This document shows, piece by piece, positions 37,605 to 47,088 of a stretch of DNA of 64,000 nt. The first letter of the stretch is position 1. Each line of letters starts with the position of its first letter. Position numbers and translations under genes: made by a program. Source of the stretch: Candidatus Omnitrophota bacterium (GTDB lineage Bacteria > Omnitrophota > Gorgyraeia > JAHIPI01); contig JADHVZ010000005.1 in the NCBI GenBank assembly GCA_016783745.1, positions 1,178-65,177 of the forward strand, written 5' to 3'. The notes below the pieces were generated by a model. It was given only the letters and a program-made list of their open reading frames with translations. It was not told the DNA's origin and searched no databases.

Positions 37605-39412
37605 CCCATGCACCTCAACATAAATATGAATAAGACCAGCATCCCTATGAGACACCAGGTAATATACGTAGACAAAACACCGTTATGGAGATATTGTAAC
37701 ACCCGCGTAACGCTAAAGATAAATCTACGGCAAAGCTGATAGATGTCGAAAAGCCCTTCCCCTGCCATCCCATATATTTTTCCGAATATGGGGATATCCG
37801 CGATCGTATTATAGAATTCCGTCCCCGTCGGCCTTTCTTCAACCGGCAACACCTCTCCGCCGATAAAAGGTTCGGCTGTCCTCGCGGTCTTTATAGTTCC
37901 CAGTAAATATATAGCGGCTCCCACAGCCAATCCGGCAATAATAAATATGGTCGCCGATCCGGGCTGCCATAATCCGGCATAAGAAATATCTCCGAAGACA
38001 GCGGGTATTATAAAATATTTCAGCGGTATACCAAAAGCGAATACCCCGAATACTATACAAAGAACGGCAAGTATTCCCATCGGTACCCACATCGATGCCG
38101 GGACTTCCTTGACCTGCCTGTCACTACCCGCGCCTTGCTGTCCCAAAAACACGGCATGCAGCAATTTCATGAAGCTCGCGAGAGTCAGCGCGCTTCCGAA
38201 CATAGCGGTGGCAAGCCATATGATCCAGAGCCTGCCGCCGTCTTTACCCAGGTCTATTATACTCTGATATATCATCCATTTTGAGACGAAACCGTTAAAA
38301 GGAGGTATGCCCGATATCGCGAGCGAACTTATCAGGCAGCATAAAAATGTGATCGGCATAAAGTGCGCGATTCCGCCAAGCTTGTCAAGCTGTGTCGTAC
38401 CTGTTTTTTTCTCAACGGCACCGGCTGATAAAAATAACGCGTTTTTGTAAATAGCGTTGTTCAGCATATGAAATAACCCGCCGGCAATACCGATCGGATT
38501 AGCCGTTCCGATCCCTACCACCATATAGCCTACCTGACTTACCGCGTGATATGACAAGAGACGCTTCATATCATGCTGAACAAGGGCCATCATAACACCC
38601 GCGATAATAGTGAAAGACCCGGTTATCAATAATAACAGGCTCAATCCGCTATTCGGCACTACCACGAATATCCCACAAACAATTCTTGCCAGAAAATATA
38701 TACCTAAAAGTTTATCCAGGCTCGCCGGCAAAAATGCCATCACGGGAACCGGCGCGGCCTTTGCCGAATCAGGGATCCATGTGTGCAGAGGCATGACGCC
38801 TCCCTTAGCGAACGCGCCGACTAAGAGACAAACGAAAGCAATGACCATAGAACCATTGTTAAGCAATAAGGCGTATTCATCCATTCTAAACGACCCGGTG
38901 GCCCTCCACAGGATCGCGACCCCGACCAGCATAATGGCATCGGAACCGCCTACTATTATGAATGTCTTTTTTGCCGCATCCTTAGCCCCATCTCCCCCGA
39001 TCCCTATCAATAGATACAGGGTTATCCCCAGGAATCCCCAGAATACCATAAAGAGGAGGATGTTATTTGCCAGGACTGCCCCTATAGAACCGGCTATAGT
39101 CGCGAGAATATAGGCATAATAATTTCCTATATTTATTCTATCCTTCATGAAACCGGCAGAATAAAGGATCGCCAGAACGCCGAAAAAGGCTATAAAGATA
39201 AGAACAAATGCCGAGAGGCTATCTACCCTTAACAGGCCTGGGATCCCGTAGATACTCCATATGACAGGATTCATCCTGAAGATCTCTATGGAGCCGAATA
39301 GTACGAAAGCAGAAACTACCAGGGCAAAGACAGGTTTGATTTTTCGCGGTAGAAACGCGCAGATCACGCTCGCCATGAAGGTGACTGATATAAGAGTCAC
39401 AGGGTTATTCAA
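37601..39412 (-). CDS. NuoL/HyfB-like proton-translocating subunit
   Basis: PLHTWIPD, KRLLSYHAVSQVGY, GIPPFNGFVSKW. Confidence 0.88.
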   Translation of the reverse strand: MNNPVTLISVTFMASVICAFLPRKIKPVFALVVSAFVLFGSIEIFRMNPVIWSIYGIPGLLRVDSLSAFVLIFIAFFGVLAILYSAGFMKDRINIGNYYAYILATIAGSIGAVLANNILLFMVFWGFLGITLYLLIGIGGDGAKDAAKKTFIIVGGSDAIMLVGVAILWRATGSFRMDEYALLLNNGSMVIAFVCLLVGAFAKGGVMPLHTWIPDSAKAAPVPVMAFLPASLDKLLGIYFLARIVCGIFVVVPNSGLSLLLLITGSFTIIAGVMMALVQHDMKRLLSYHAVSQVGYMVVGIGTANPIGIAGGLFHMLNNAIYKNALFLSAGAVEKKTGTTQLDKLGGIAHFMPITFLCCLISSLAISGIPPFNGFVSKWMIYQSIIDLGKDGGRLWIIWLATAMFGSALTLASFMKLLHAVFLGQQGAGSDRQVKEVPASMWVPMGILAVLCIVFGVFAFGIPLKYFIIPAVFGDISYAGLWQPGSATIFIIAGLAVGAAIYLLGTIKTARTAEPFIGGEVLPVEERPTGTEFYNTIADIPIFGKIYGMAGEGLFDIYQLCRRFIFSVTRVLQYLHNGVLSTYITWCLIGMLVLFIFMLRCMG

Positions 39413-40637
39413 TTTTCCGTCCCATTTTTTTAGTCAATTCACTATCCGAAAAACCCATGGATTTGCCCAGATCCCACGTCTTATGCTGCGAGAGATGGAT
39501 CAGCCTCTCGGCTCCGCATACAATATTGTTTTTCTTATGATCGATCGCCGTTAACCTCTCCGTGCAGCAATAGCACGGATCGATCGCCGCCAATATTATG
39601 GTAGCGTCCGAGATGGTCTCGCCCACGACCGTTTTTTTAAAGCTCGGGAAATTCATGAACGTAGGGGCGCGCACTTTATGCCTGACCGGACGGTTTGTCC
39701 CGTCGCTTCTCACTATATGTATGACCTCGCCCCTCGGCGCTTCATGATGTCCTATGCCGTCACCCGGGGATATATGCTTCGGCTTACAATCAATGGGGCC
39801 GGCGGGCAGTTTATCAAAACACTGATTTAAGATCTTAATGGACTCGAACATCTCAAGGATCCTTATCACGGCCTTAGCAAACACATCACCTTCATACTGC
39901 AGGATCACTTTCCAGTCGACCCTGTCGTAAGCGGCATATGGCTCATCTCGCCTTACATCTATATCATATCCGGAAGCCCTCGCTGTCGGCCCGAGAACGC
40001 TATAATCGACCGCGTCCTCATGCTTCAGCACTCCCACTCCCTTTAGCCGCGCCGCTAAAACCGGATCATCCAGCACCGCGCCCTTGAACATCTCCACAGC
40101 GGGCAGGAGTTCGTCATTTATGACTTTTTTGTAATACGGTATCTCGCTATTATCTATATCCCTTCTTACTCCGCCGGGCTTCATCATAGCATAGTTATTT
40201 CTATTGCCTGAAATAGCTTCAAGCACGTCCAGAATAGGCTCTCTATAGCGCCATGCCCACATGAATACCGTATTGTATCCAAGGAAATGGCCGGCCAGTC
40301 CGAGCCACAGCATATGCGAATGCAGTCTTTCAAGTTCGCCTGTTATTGTCCGGATATAAAGCGCTCTTTCCGGGACTTCCATCTCATCGATATCCTCAAC
40401 GGCGTTTACGAACGCGATAGGATGGCTTGTCGAGCAAATACCGCAGATCCTCTCGACCAGGTAAGCTGACTGGTCAAAACTTTTGGATTCGGAGAGCTTC
40501 TCGATGCCTCTGTGATTCCAGCCGATCCTGACATCTATATCGACGACCCTCTCACCGTCTACGACGAGCTTATAAAATTCCGGCTCTTCCTGCAGCGGAT
40601 GATACGGGCCGATGGGTATGGTGACTTTGTGGCTCAT
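39405..40637 (-). CDS. Group 4 [NiFe]-hydrogenase large subunit
   Basis: L1 ERICGICSTSH and L2 DPCYCCTER with all four Cys; about 49-aa C-terminal extension consistent with HycI processing. Confidence 0.92.
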   Translation of the reverse strand: MSHKVTIPIGPYHPLQEEPEFYKLVVDGERVVDIDVRIGWNHRGIEKLSESKSFDQSAYLVERICGICSTSHPIAFVNAVEDIDEMEVPERALYIRTITGELERLHSHMLWLGLAGHFLGYNTVFMWAWRYREPILDVLEAISGNRNNYAMMKPGGVRRDIDNSEIPYYKKVINDELLPAVEMFKGAVLDDPVLAARLKGVGVLKHEDAVDYSVLGPTARASGYDIDVRRDEPYAAYDRVDWKVILQYEGDVFAKAVIRILEMFESIKILNQCFDKLPAGPIDCKPKHISPGDGIGHHEAPRGEVIHIVRSDGTNRPVRHKVRAPTFMNFPSFKKTVVGETISDATIILAAIDPCYCCTERLTAIDHKKNNIVCGAERLIHLSQHKTWDLGKSMGFSDSELTKKMGRKIE

Positions 40638-40655
40638 TTGTCCTTACTCCTATAA

Positions 40656-40743
40656 CGTCATTGCGAGGAGCCTTGCCGCCAAAGGCGGCAGGGCGACGAA
40701 GCAATCTCAATCTGGGATTGCTTCGGCACTTCGTGCCTCGCAA
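40656..40743. repeat. GTCATTGCGAG...CGAAGCAATC-type palindromic repeat element
   Basis: CGTCATTGCGAGG...CGAAGCAATCTC...GGGATTGCTTCG...CCTCGCAA multi-stem palindrome; second palindrome ACAACTTATG...CATAAGTTGT at about 40751-40793. Confidence 0.8.
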
Positions 40744-40809
40744 CAAGTTCGACCATACAACTTATGTTCACTTTCGTTCCATAAGTTGTGGTCTCACTTG
40801 CTTTGTGGC

Positions 40810-41283
40810 TCATCGGCTCGACTCCTTCTGAGAATTCAAACTAAACTCTTTTCGCATCGGGTATTTATCCTTCGGCCAATCATCAGGCAGGAGAAGCGGC
40901 TTCATGTCAGGATGGCCCTTAAATTCGACCCCGAAAAGCTCATGCATCTCCCTCTCTATCCATCCCACGGCATTCGCTACCGGCACCAGAGACTCGACCG
41001 CGCAATCATCCTTCGGCGCGTATATCCTCAATGTGATGATCAGTCCGAGCCTATCCACATTAAAGTGATACATGATCTCTATATTTTCCGGATGGTCCAC
41101 CGCGGTCGCGGTATTAAACCTCGCCTCAAGGTCTTTGAACACATAACTCGCGAATTCGACTATATCTTTTCTGTCAAGGTCTATATATACCCGCTTGGAT
41201 GACTTCTCCTGAAAGCGTTTTATCTTGCCGCCGAATTTTTTCTTAATACTCGCTATAACCGCGCTTCTATCCATTTTGATCAC
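40810..41283 (-). CDS. NuoC/MbhK-like subunit
   Basis: WIEREMHELFGVEFKGHPD..LLLPDDW...PMRK. Confidence 0.9.
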   Translation of the reverse strand: MIKMDRSAVIASIKKKFGGKIKRFQEKSSKRVYIDLDRKDIVEFASYVFKDLEARFNTATAVDHPENIEIMYHFNVDRLGLIITLRIYAPKDDCAVESLVPVANAVGWIEREMHELFGVEFKGHPDMKPLLLPDDWPKDKYPMRKEFSLNSQKESSR

Positions 41284-41705
41284 TTGCCTTTCGCCTTGAC
41301 CAGCTTTACGATGCCGTCTATTATCGCCTCAGGCTTCGGCGGACAGCCCGGTATATAGGCGTCGACCGGGAGGACCTTATCCAGCGGCTCCGCCTCATCT
41401 ACCATATAGGTATTGCTGAACATGCCCCGCCCTGCCGTGCAGGTCCCCACCGCGATTACGAAGCCGGGTTTCGGCATCTGGTCATACATCTTTTTTACTA
41501 TCGGCTTGCATTGCTTATTTAGAATCCCCGTGACTAAAAGTACGTCGGCGTGCCTTATAGACCCGACCAGCAATATCCCGAAACGCTCCACATCGTGCCT
41601 TGGCGTCAATAGATCCAGTATTTCTATGTCACAGTTGTTGCAGCTTGCCGTAGACAGATGGAACACCCAGAGTGACTTTGTTAATGCCTTGATCTTGACT
41701 GACAT
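41280..41705 (-). CDS. Hydrogenase small subunit (NuoB/MbhJ-like)
   Basis: SCNNCDIE, AVGTCT, YIPGCPPKPEAI. Confidence 0.92.
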   Translation of the reverse strand: MSVKIKALTKSLWVFHLSTASCNNCDIEILDLLTPRHDVERFGILLVGSIRHADVLLVTGILNKQCKPIVKKMYDQMPKPGFVIAVGTCTAGRGMFSNTYMVDEAEPLDKVLPVDAYIPGCPPKPEAIIDGIVKLVKAKGK

Positions 41706-41717
41706 GATTTACCTTTA

Positions 41718-42653
41718 CTAAAGTCCAAATAACGCTAGCACTACTCCGATCACTGCCAGAACCGTGACGCGGCCCCAGAAGAACCTGAGCGCCTGATCGA
41801 TCCTCAGGCGGGGATTCGTATTTCTTATCAATACTATCACTACCAGCAAAGCTACATATTTCAATATGCCCCAGAGAAGCGATAGCCCGCTTACGCTGAT
41901 GCCGCCCATGAAGGCTACTATCAAGAACATGGGCATTGTAAACAATAACATGGCTTTTGTCAATTTAAAGACGGCCAGAGGCCCGCCTGAGTATTCGATT
42001 ATAGGCCCGCCCATGAGCTCTGTCTCCGCCTCAGAAACATCAAAAGGAACAAGCCCTAATTTAGCCTGCATACATAATATTGCTACTATCAGCGCTATCG
42101 AACCAGAAAAACTTCCCACTACTATACCGTTGGCAGCCTGATAATTCAATATTCCGCCTATTGTCAGTATCCCGCCCGATTTTATTATAGGTACGGCAAG
42201 GGCTAATATAAAAGGAAGCTCATACGATAATACCAATTTCATCTCACGCGAAGCGCCGAGACTCGCGTAGGAATTGTTTGACGCGAAACCGCCCAATATC
42301 AAACTTAATGCCGGAAGGGTCAGAAGATATAAGACGACTATAATATCGCCTATAAAACCGCCTGCCGGATCAAGATTCGATAGCCATAATATCATCGAGA
42401 CCAATGTTACTCCTGCCAGGCCGATAAGCGGAGCGGTAAAAAAGAGCAATTGTGAAGAACCGGCCGGCATAAGCGTCTCTTTGCCGAGCAGCTTGACTAT
42501 ATCGGCTAACGGTTGATACCACGGCGGGCCTACCCTGTATTGTACGCGCGCAGTGACCTTCCTGTCGATCCAGCTCGCCAGCAGCCCTATCGCGGCTGTG
42601 AACAAAAAACCCGGAAATATTAAAAATTGTAATACAGAGACGGCCATCTTCAT
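41718..42653 (-). CDS. NuoH/MbhM-like membrane subunit
   Basis: RKVTARVQYRVGPP..QPLADIVKL, PFDVSEAETEL..G..IEYSG. Confidence 0.92.
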   Translation of the reverse strand: MKMAVSVLQFLIFPGFLFTAAIGLLASWIDRKVTARVQYRVGPPWYQPLADIVKLLGKETLMPAGSSQLLFFTAPLIGLAGVTLVSMILWLSNLDPAGGFIGDIIVVLYLLTLPALSLILGGFASNNSYASLGASREMKLVLSYELPFILALAVPIIKSGGILTIGGILNYQAANGIVVGSFSGSIALIVAILCMQAKLGLVPFDVSEAETELMGGPIIEYSGGPLAVFKLTKAMLLFTMPMFLIVAFMGGISVSGLSLLWGILKYVALLVVIVLIRNTNPRLRIDQALRFFWGRVTVLAVIGVVLALFGL

Positions 42654-43141
42654 TTAGACTTAACTCCGTTCCTCTCCCAACGCTCCGCCTTTACCAGTAT
42701 GTTATCACTAACGGCGTATATCTTCTTAGCTTCGTCTTCTTTAAAATCACCGTACATTAATACGCCTTCCGCGGAGCCCTTTATGCACGCGGGCTCTTCT
42801 CCGTCCATAAGTTTATCCAGGCATAGGTCGCAACGAGGCATAAGATACGTCATCATCTCTGTGTAGATCACTCCGAAAGGACAGGCGTGGCTGCAGGATT
42901 TACAGCTTGTGCACCTCATATTGTATCTCTCTAATATCTTATCATCCCTTTTCTCAAGGGCCTCGTTCGGACAGGAAGTGACACAGGCCTCAAGTTCGCA
43001 TTTTCTGCAGACAATAGCGTATGTCGCCAACTCCAGCAAGGACCTGACGCCTTTATTGTCCGAATGATAAAAATAACTGCAGCCGAGATCCTTATCCTTA
43101 TACTCAGTATATAGATCCAAGTCGATCAGTAATTTTTTCAT
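42650..43141 (-). CDS. 4Fe-4S dicluster protein
   Basis: CRKCELEACVTSCP, CTSCKSCSHACP, CDLC. Confidence 0.82.
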   Translation of the reverse strand: MKKLLIDLDLYTEYKDKDLGCSYFYHSDNKGVRSLLELATYAIVCRKCELEACVTSCPNEALEKRDDKILERYNMRCTSCKSCSHACPFGVIYTEMMTYLMPRCDLCLDKLMDGEEPACIKGSAEGVLMYGDFKEDEAKKIYAVSDNILVKAERWERNGVKSK

Positions 43142-43142
43142 C

Positions 43143-43964
43143 TTATTCCCAGATCGTATGATATTCTTTTATCTTATCGTAAGTAAAGACCGGGCCGTCC
43201 TTGCAGGCATAGTACGGGCCGATCCTGCAGTGCCCGCATTTTCCTATTCCGCATGACATATTCTTTTCCATCGATAGAAACAGGTCTTTATCTTTATACC
43301 CCAGTTCCACCAGCTTAAAAGTGGCGAATTTCATCATGATCGGAGGCCCGCACACTATAGCCGCGCTGTTACTTATGTCTACTCCGATATCTTTTCTTAA
43401 GAGCGTTGTGATGAGACCCACATTGCCTTTCCAGTCTTCACCGCTTTTGTCTACGGTTATTTCTATATCCAGATCCTTATTTCCGGCCCACTCCTTCAGC
43501 TGATCTTTATAAACAAGGTCCTCGGGAGAACGCGCTCCGTACTTTACCATGATCCTTTTATATTTACCCGCCTCGTCAAGTAAGGCCAGGATAAGGCTTC
43601 TAAGAGGAGCAAGCCCTACACCGCCGCCCACTATTAAGACCTCTTTACCTTCGAAATCCTTCAGAGGATATCCCGTCCCGTAGGGCCCTCTTACGCCTAC
43701 GACCGCGCCTTTCCCTATTTCATGCAGCCGCGATGTCACTCGCCCCACGCTCATTATCGTTATTTCCATGCTATCTTCGATCTTCGGATTAGATGAGGGC
43801 GTAAATGGCGCCTCTCCCACGCCGGGCACAGTCAATTCTACAAATTGCCCCGTCTTAAAAGAGACGGGCTTTTCCGGCTTGACCGCGAATGTCTTGATAG
43901 TAGGCGTCTCTTCGATGATATCTGTTATTTCAGCTTTTACAGGACAATACGGATTTTCTACCAT
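43143..43964 (-). CDS. FAD/NAD(P)-binding subunit, AsrB/HydG-like
   Basis: GQF...GEAPF, RGPYG, GGGVGLAP, CGPP, MSCGIGKCGHC...CKDGPVF. Confidence 0.9.
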   Translation of the reverse strand: MVENPYCPVKAEITDIIEETPTIKTFAVKPEKPVSFKTGQFVELTVPGVGEAPFTPSSNPKIEDSMEITIMSVGRVTSRLHEIGKGAVVGVRGPYGTGYPLKDFEGKEVLIVGGGVGLAPLRSLILALLDEAGKYKRIMVKYGARSPEDLVYKDQLKEWAGNKDLDIEITVDKSGEDWKGNVGLITTLLRKDIGVDISNSAAIVCGPPIMMKFATFKLVELGYKDKDLFLSMEKNMSCGIGKCGHCRIGPYYACKDGPVFTYDKIKEYHTIWE

Positions 43965-45019
43965 TATGCCTTAGCTTTCTTCTTTTCCGCTACCAGATCC
44001 TTCAAGACCCTTCGTATATCGATCTTAGCGGGACAACCGGAAATACATCTGCCGCAACCGGTACACGCGTACAGCCCGTTGACCTCGGGAAAATAGTCGA
44101 ACTTCTTTTCGAACCGGTTTCTCAGCCTCTCCCAGAGATGCTGTCTGGGATTTGCGTTGCCTGCGACACGGGCAAACCGCTTATACATACATGAATCCCA
44201 GATCTTATAACGCGTTTCTCCGCCAGCCTTTTTCTGAATATCCGCGAGATAAAAACAATGACAGGTAGGGCAAGCCACGTTACAACCGCCGCATTCCACG
44301 CAATTCTCTGCCTCTCGCTCCCAGATCTCCGATTCCAGGCTTTTCTTAATAACATCTTTATATTCCGTCTGGCGCGGTATTTCAGACTTTTTAATGCCTT
44401 CCTCTACCTGAGCGCCGGATATACTTCTTATGTGGTCTCTTTCTTCTATATGTTTTTCGCCGGAGTCAGCAAGGATATCACTATTTTCATTCAGCAGTTT
44501 TTTCCCCTTCCAGGTAACGGACTCCAGTAAATATCCGTCACGTAATTCAGAGATCAGAACATCATGGTTCTTTTGAGGAAAATGCTCATGGCCTAAAGCG
44601 TGGCAGAAGCACGTATCTATGGCATGAGTGCAATCCGCGGCGATGATCAGGTTCTGCTCGCGTTTACTGACATAAAATGGGTCTTTAAAGTCCCCTTCCG
44701 AAAATACGCTATCTAAAATATTTAAGCCGGCGAGATCGCAGTTCTTCACGCCCAATACACACAATGGCTTTCCTCCGGCTTTAGGATCAGCCGGCCTGCC
44801 TAAGCCGTCAATCACCCGTTCGCGGGCGAAAAAGAAAAAATTCTTAAGGGGTTCGAACGGCCTCACACCGCCTATCAGGGGATCTTTAAGGCCATCCGAA
44901 TATTTGACAATATGAGGACTGGCGCCTTTACCCTTACGAAGGTAATAAAGGGAGTATTCTTTAGAAATGCCGTAAGCGAACATTTCCAGGTTTTCTCTTT
45001 TTAGAAACACTTGCTCCAC
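43964..45019 (-). CDS. 4Fe-4S subunit, AsrA/HydB-like
   Basis: CVECGGCNVACPTCHC, WDSC, CTGCGRCISGCP. Confidence 0.88.
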   Translation of the reverse strand: MEQVFLKRENLEMFAYGISKEYSLYYLRKGKGASPHIVKYSDGLKDPLIGGVRPFEPLKNFFFFARERVIDGLGRPADPKAGGKPLCVLGVKNCDLAGLNILDSVFSEGDFKDPFYVSKREQNLIIAADCTHAIDTCFCHALGHEHFPQKNHDVLISELRDGYLLESVTWKGKKLLNENSDILADSGEKHIEERDHIRSISGAQVEEGIKKSEIPRQTEYKDVIKKSLESEIWEREAENCVECGGCNVACPTCHCFYLADIQKKAGGETRYKIWDSCMYKRFARVAGNANPRQHLWERLRNRFEKKFDYFPEVNGLYACTGCGRCISGCPAKIDIRRVLKDLVAEKKKAKA

Positions 45020-45025
45020 TTTGAT

Positions 45026-45661
45026 TCAGCCTTTCGCGGAAGTCAGGATAAATGAGAAATTCTCAAGCTCGTTTGACAGATCTATGTTCCTTACCGTTAC
45101 TCCTTCGTCCACTTTCAAGATCACAGGCGAGAAATTCAGGATGCATATTATTCCATACCGGGTGACCTCCTCCGCTACATCTTGAGCGCTGTCAACCGGA
45201 ACGGTTATTATAGCGATTTTGATCGACCTGTCCTTCTCGATGTCATTTATCTGTCTTACATCTTTTACAGTGACTTCTCCATAACACTTGCCGATCTTCT
45301 TCTGATCGATGTCAAAGGCTTCCTTTATTATAAAACCCTGGTTTTTAAAACCAGGGTATCTGAGTAATGCCGAACCTATATTCCCGGCACCGATCAAAAC
45401 TATATGCCATATATTGTCTTTTCCAAGCAGATCCCTGAGAATATTCTTTAACTTGAGGATCTCGTAGCCCGATCCTGATGTCCCGAACTGGCCGAAGTAA
45501 GAAAGATCTTTTCTCACCTGCGCGTCAGTAAGTCCGGTCAACTCACCTAGTTCCACGGAAGAGACCTTGTCTCCTCCCTCGTCTTCCAGGCGGCTTATCT
45601 CTCTTAGATATAGCGACAATCTTGACGCCACGCTTTTCGGTATTTTCTTTTTCTCTTGCAT
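45026..45661 (-). CDS. rex: Redox-sensing transcriptional repressor Rex
   Basis: RLSLYLR, QVRKDLSYFGQFG..G.GY, GAGNIG.AL; start moved to ATG 45661. Confidence 0.93.
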   Translation of the reverse strand: MQEKKKIPKSVASRLSLYLREISRLEDEGGDKVSSVELGELTGLTDAQVRKDLSYFGQFGTSGSGYEILKLKNILRDLLGKDNIWHIVLIGAGNIGSALLRYPGFKNQGFIIKEAFDIDQKKIGKCYGEVTVKDVRQINDIEKDRSIKIAIITVPVDSAQDVAEEVTRYGIICILNFSPVILKVDEGVTVRNIDLSNELENFSFILTSAKG

Positions 45662-45669
45662 CGAGAGAT

Positions 45670-45687
45670 TTGTGATTTTTTTCACGA
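45670..45687. promoter_or_regulatory. Rex operator
   Basis: TTGTGA-TTTTTT-TCACGA, close to the Rex consensus TTGTGAAnnnnTTCACAA, just upstream of the rex start. Confidence 0.75.
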
Positions 45688-45735
45688 AGTAGGTTAAAAA
45701 AAAATTGTTTTGGTTATATCTCTTTCTTTGAGATG

Positions 45736-45763
45736 ATTCTATCAAAAAATATGACTTTGTCAA
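45736..45763 (-). promoter_or_regulatory. Sigma70 promoter of the rex-hydrogenase operon
   Basis: TTGACA-16 nt-TAGAAT with extended -10 TG. Confidence 0.65.
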
Positions 45764-45771
45764 GAAAAAAA

Positions 45772-46179
45772 TTAAAACTTTACCAGCATGGCGCGCGGCG
45801 GACAGGTCTTCACGCACAGTTCACAAGCTATGCACTTATTAGAATCGAAGTTCACCTTCATGGTGTCTTTTTCCAGGCTAAGCGCTCCGGTCGGGCATAT
45901 TGTTATACAGGCTGTGCAATGCGTACATTTATTGTCATCGCGCGAGATATCCTTACTCAAAGCCTGTATTGTAACGCCTAATTCGTTAAGGTATTTCACG
46001 CCGTTATCATAGTCTTCCTTCTTGCCGCTAAGCTCCAGGACCAAAAGCCCTTCTTCTTCAGGAGTAACTCTTGCCTGAAGGATGTTAAACATAAGATTAA
46101 AATCTTTCACTAATTTAAAAACCACAGGCTTATCAAGTAGATTATGCGGAAACGTAAGGACTATTCTTTTGGATATCAT
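45772..46179 (-). CDS. NIL-domain plus 2[4Fe-4S] ferredoxin
   Basis: NIL motif (FNILQARV..EEEG), CTHCTACITICP, CIACELCVKTCP. Confidence 0.88.
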   Translation of the reverse strand: MISKRIVLTFPHNLLDKPVVFKLVKDFNLMFNILQARVTPEEEGLLVLELSGKKEDYDNGVKYLNELGVTIQALSKDISRDDNKCTHCTACITICPTGALSLEKDTMKVNFDSNKCIACELCVKTCPPRAMLVKF

Positions 46180-46194
46180 GTATACCTCCTGAGA

Positions 46195-46911
46195 TTACAG
46201 TAACTCAACCTCTCCCCAACTCGCCAATTTGCTTCCGATTATGACCAGCGCGCCTGTCACACCTTCTATCGATCTTGCGTAATCTATAGCTGCTTGCAGG
46301 TCATCGGCGTTTTTAACCAGGTTTCCGGCCTGAGTCGCCACACAATCGGCAAGCACGGCATCACGCGCTATTATGGTGGCCGCATCCGCCTTTCCGAAAC
46401 TCTTAGAATGCCCCACTGTTCCGCTGGAGGTGCAAATGCCAAGCGGCACCCCGGATGGAGCTATCTTAAGATTTATTTTGCCTGAAAGCGGGGAATCGCC
46501 GGCGTATATACTAAGCCTGCGCTCGGTATCAGATTTAATAAATATATCTCCCCCGTTTTCTATTAAGACCTGCGAACATTGATCCAGAAGATCCATTCCG
46601 GTATATTGGGCTATTGCGCCGGCCACCCCAGCCATAGGGCCGACACCGGCAATAGCGGATTTATCTATCATATCCCTGACTATTTCCGGAGCGCTGCCAT
46701 CGGCTTCTATCGGCTTCAGAGAATCCTTAAAAAATCTATTCGCCTCGATATAGTCAAGTATCTGCTTCCGATACTCATAAACAGCCTTTTCCGCTTCATT
46801 TTTTAGCGGTTTATCGCAGAGCATCGAAAGATCGGTCTCGAAAACCTTGACCTCGAAACTTATCAGATCTTCGCTTTTTACCCAGTTTCTGTAGAATCTA
46901 TGTTGATGCAT
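46195..46911 (-). CDS. UPF0280/ApbE-like protein
   Basis: VGPMAGVAGAIA, ENGGDI, GICTSSGTVGHSKSFGKADA. Confidence 0.88.
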   Translation of the reverse strand: MHQHRFYRNWVKSEDLISFEVKVFETDLSMLCDKPLKNEAEKAVYEYRKQILDYIEANRFFKDSLKPIEADGSAPEIVRDMIDKSAIAGVGPMAGVAGAIAQYTGMDLLDQCSQVLIENGGDIFIKSDTERRLSIYAGDSPLSGKINLKIAPSGVPLGICTSSGTVGHSKSFGKADAATIIARDAVLADCVATQAGNLVKNADDLQAAIDYARSIEGVTGALVIIGSKLASWGEVELL

Positions 46912-46971
46912 TTTATTGTTTATTATTCGTTAATCGTCTATCGTTAATCGCGTTTCGTTCGATTACCTTTG

Positions 46972-47037
46972 TTCGGTTCTCGGTTTTCGGTTTACGGTTT
47001 TCGGGAAAAGAATCCGAGAACCGAACACCGAGAACCG
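46972..47037. repeat. Heptamer-based palindromic element, copy 2
   Basis: 65/66 identical to 32181-32246, same orientation. Confidence 0.92.
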
Positions 47038-47088
47038 TAAACCGCACATATAATAAACGAGTACCCAAAGGCCGTACTACCAACTAAA

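Noticed and set aside
39405-40637. Mbx/Mbs sulfur reductase or complex I NuoD
   Set aside because: Both CxxC nickel-binding motifs are intact and hycI and hyp genes are nearby.
43143-45019. Anaerobic sulfite reductase AsrABC
   Set aside because: No siroheme AsrC subunit in the window; the genes are embedded in the hydrogenase operon.
45662-45817. N-terminal extension of Rex given by the ORF track
   Set aside because: Overlaps the upstream gene, the promoter and the Rex box; homology starts at ATG 45661.
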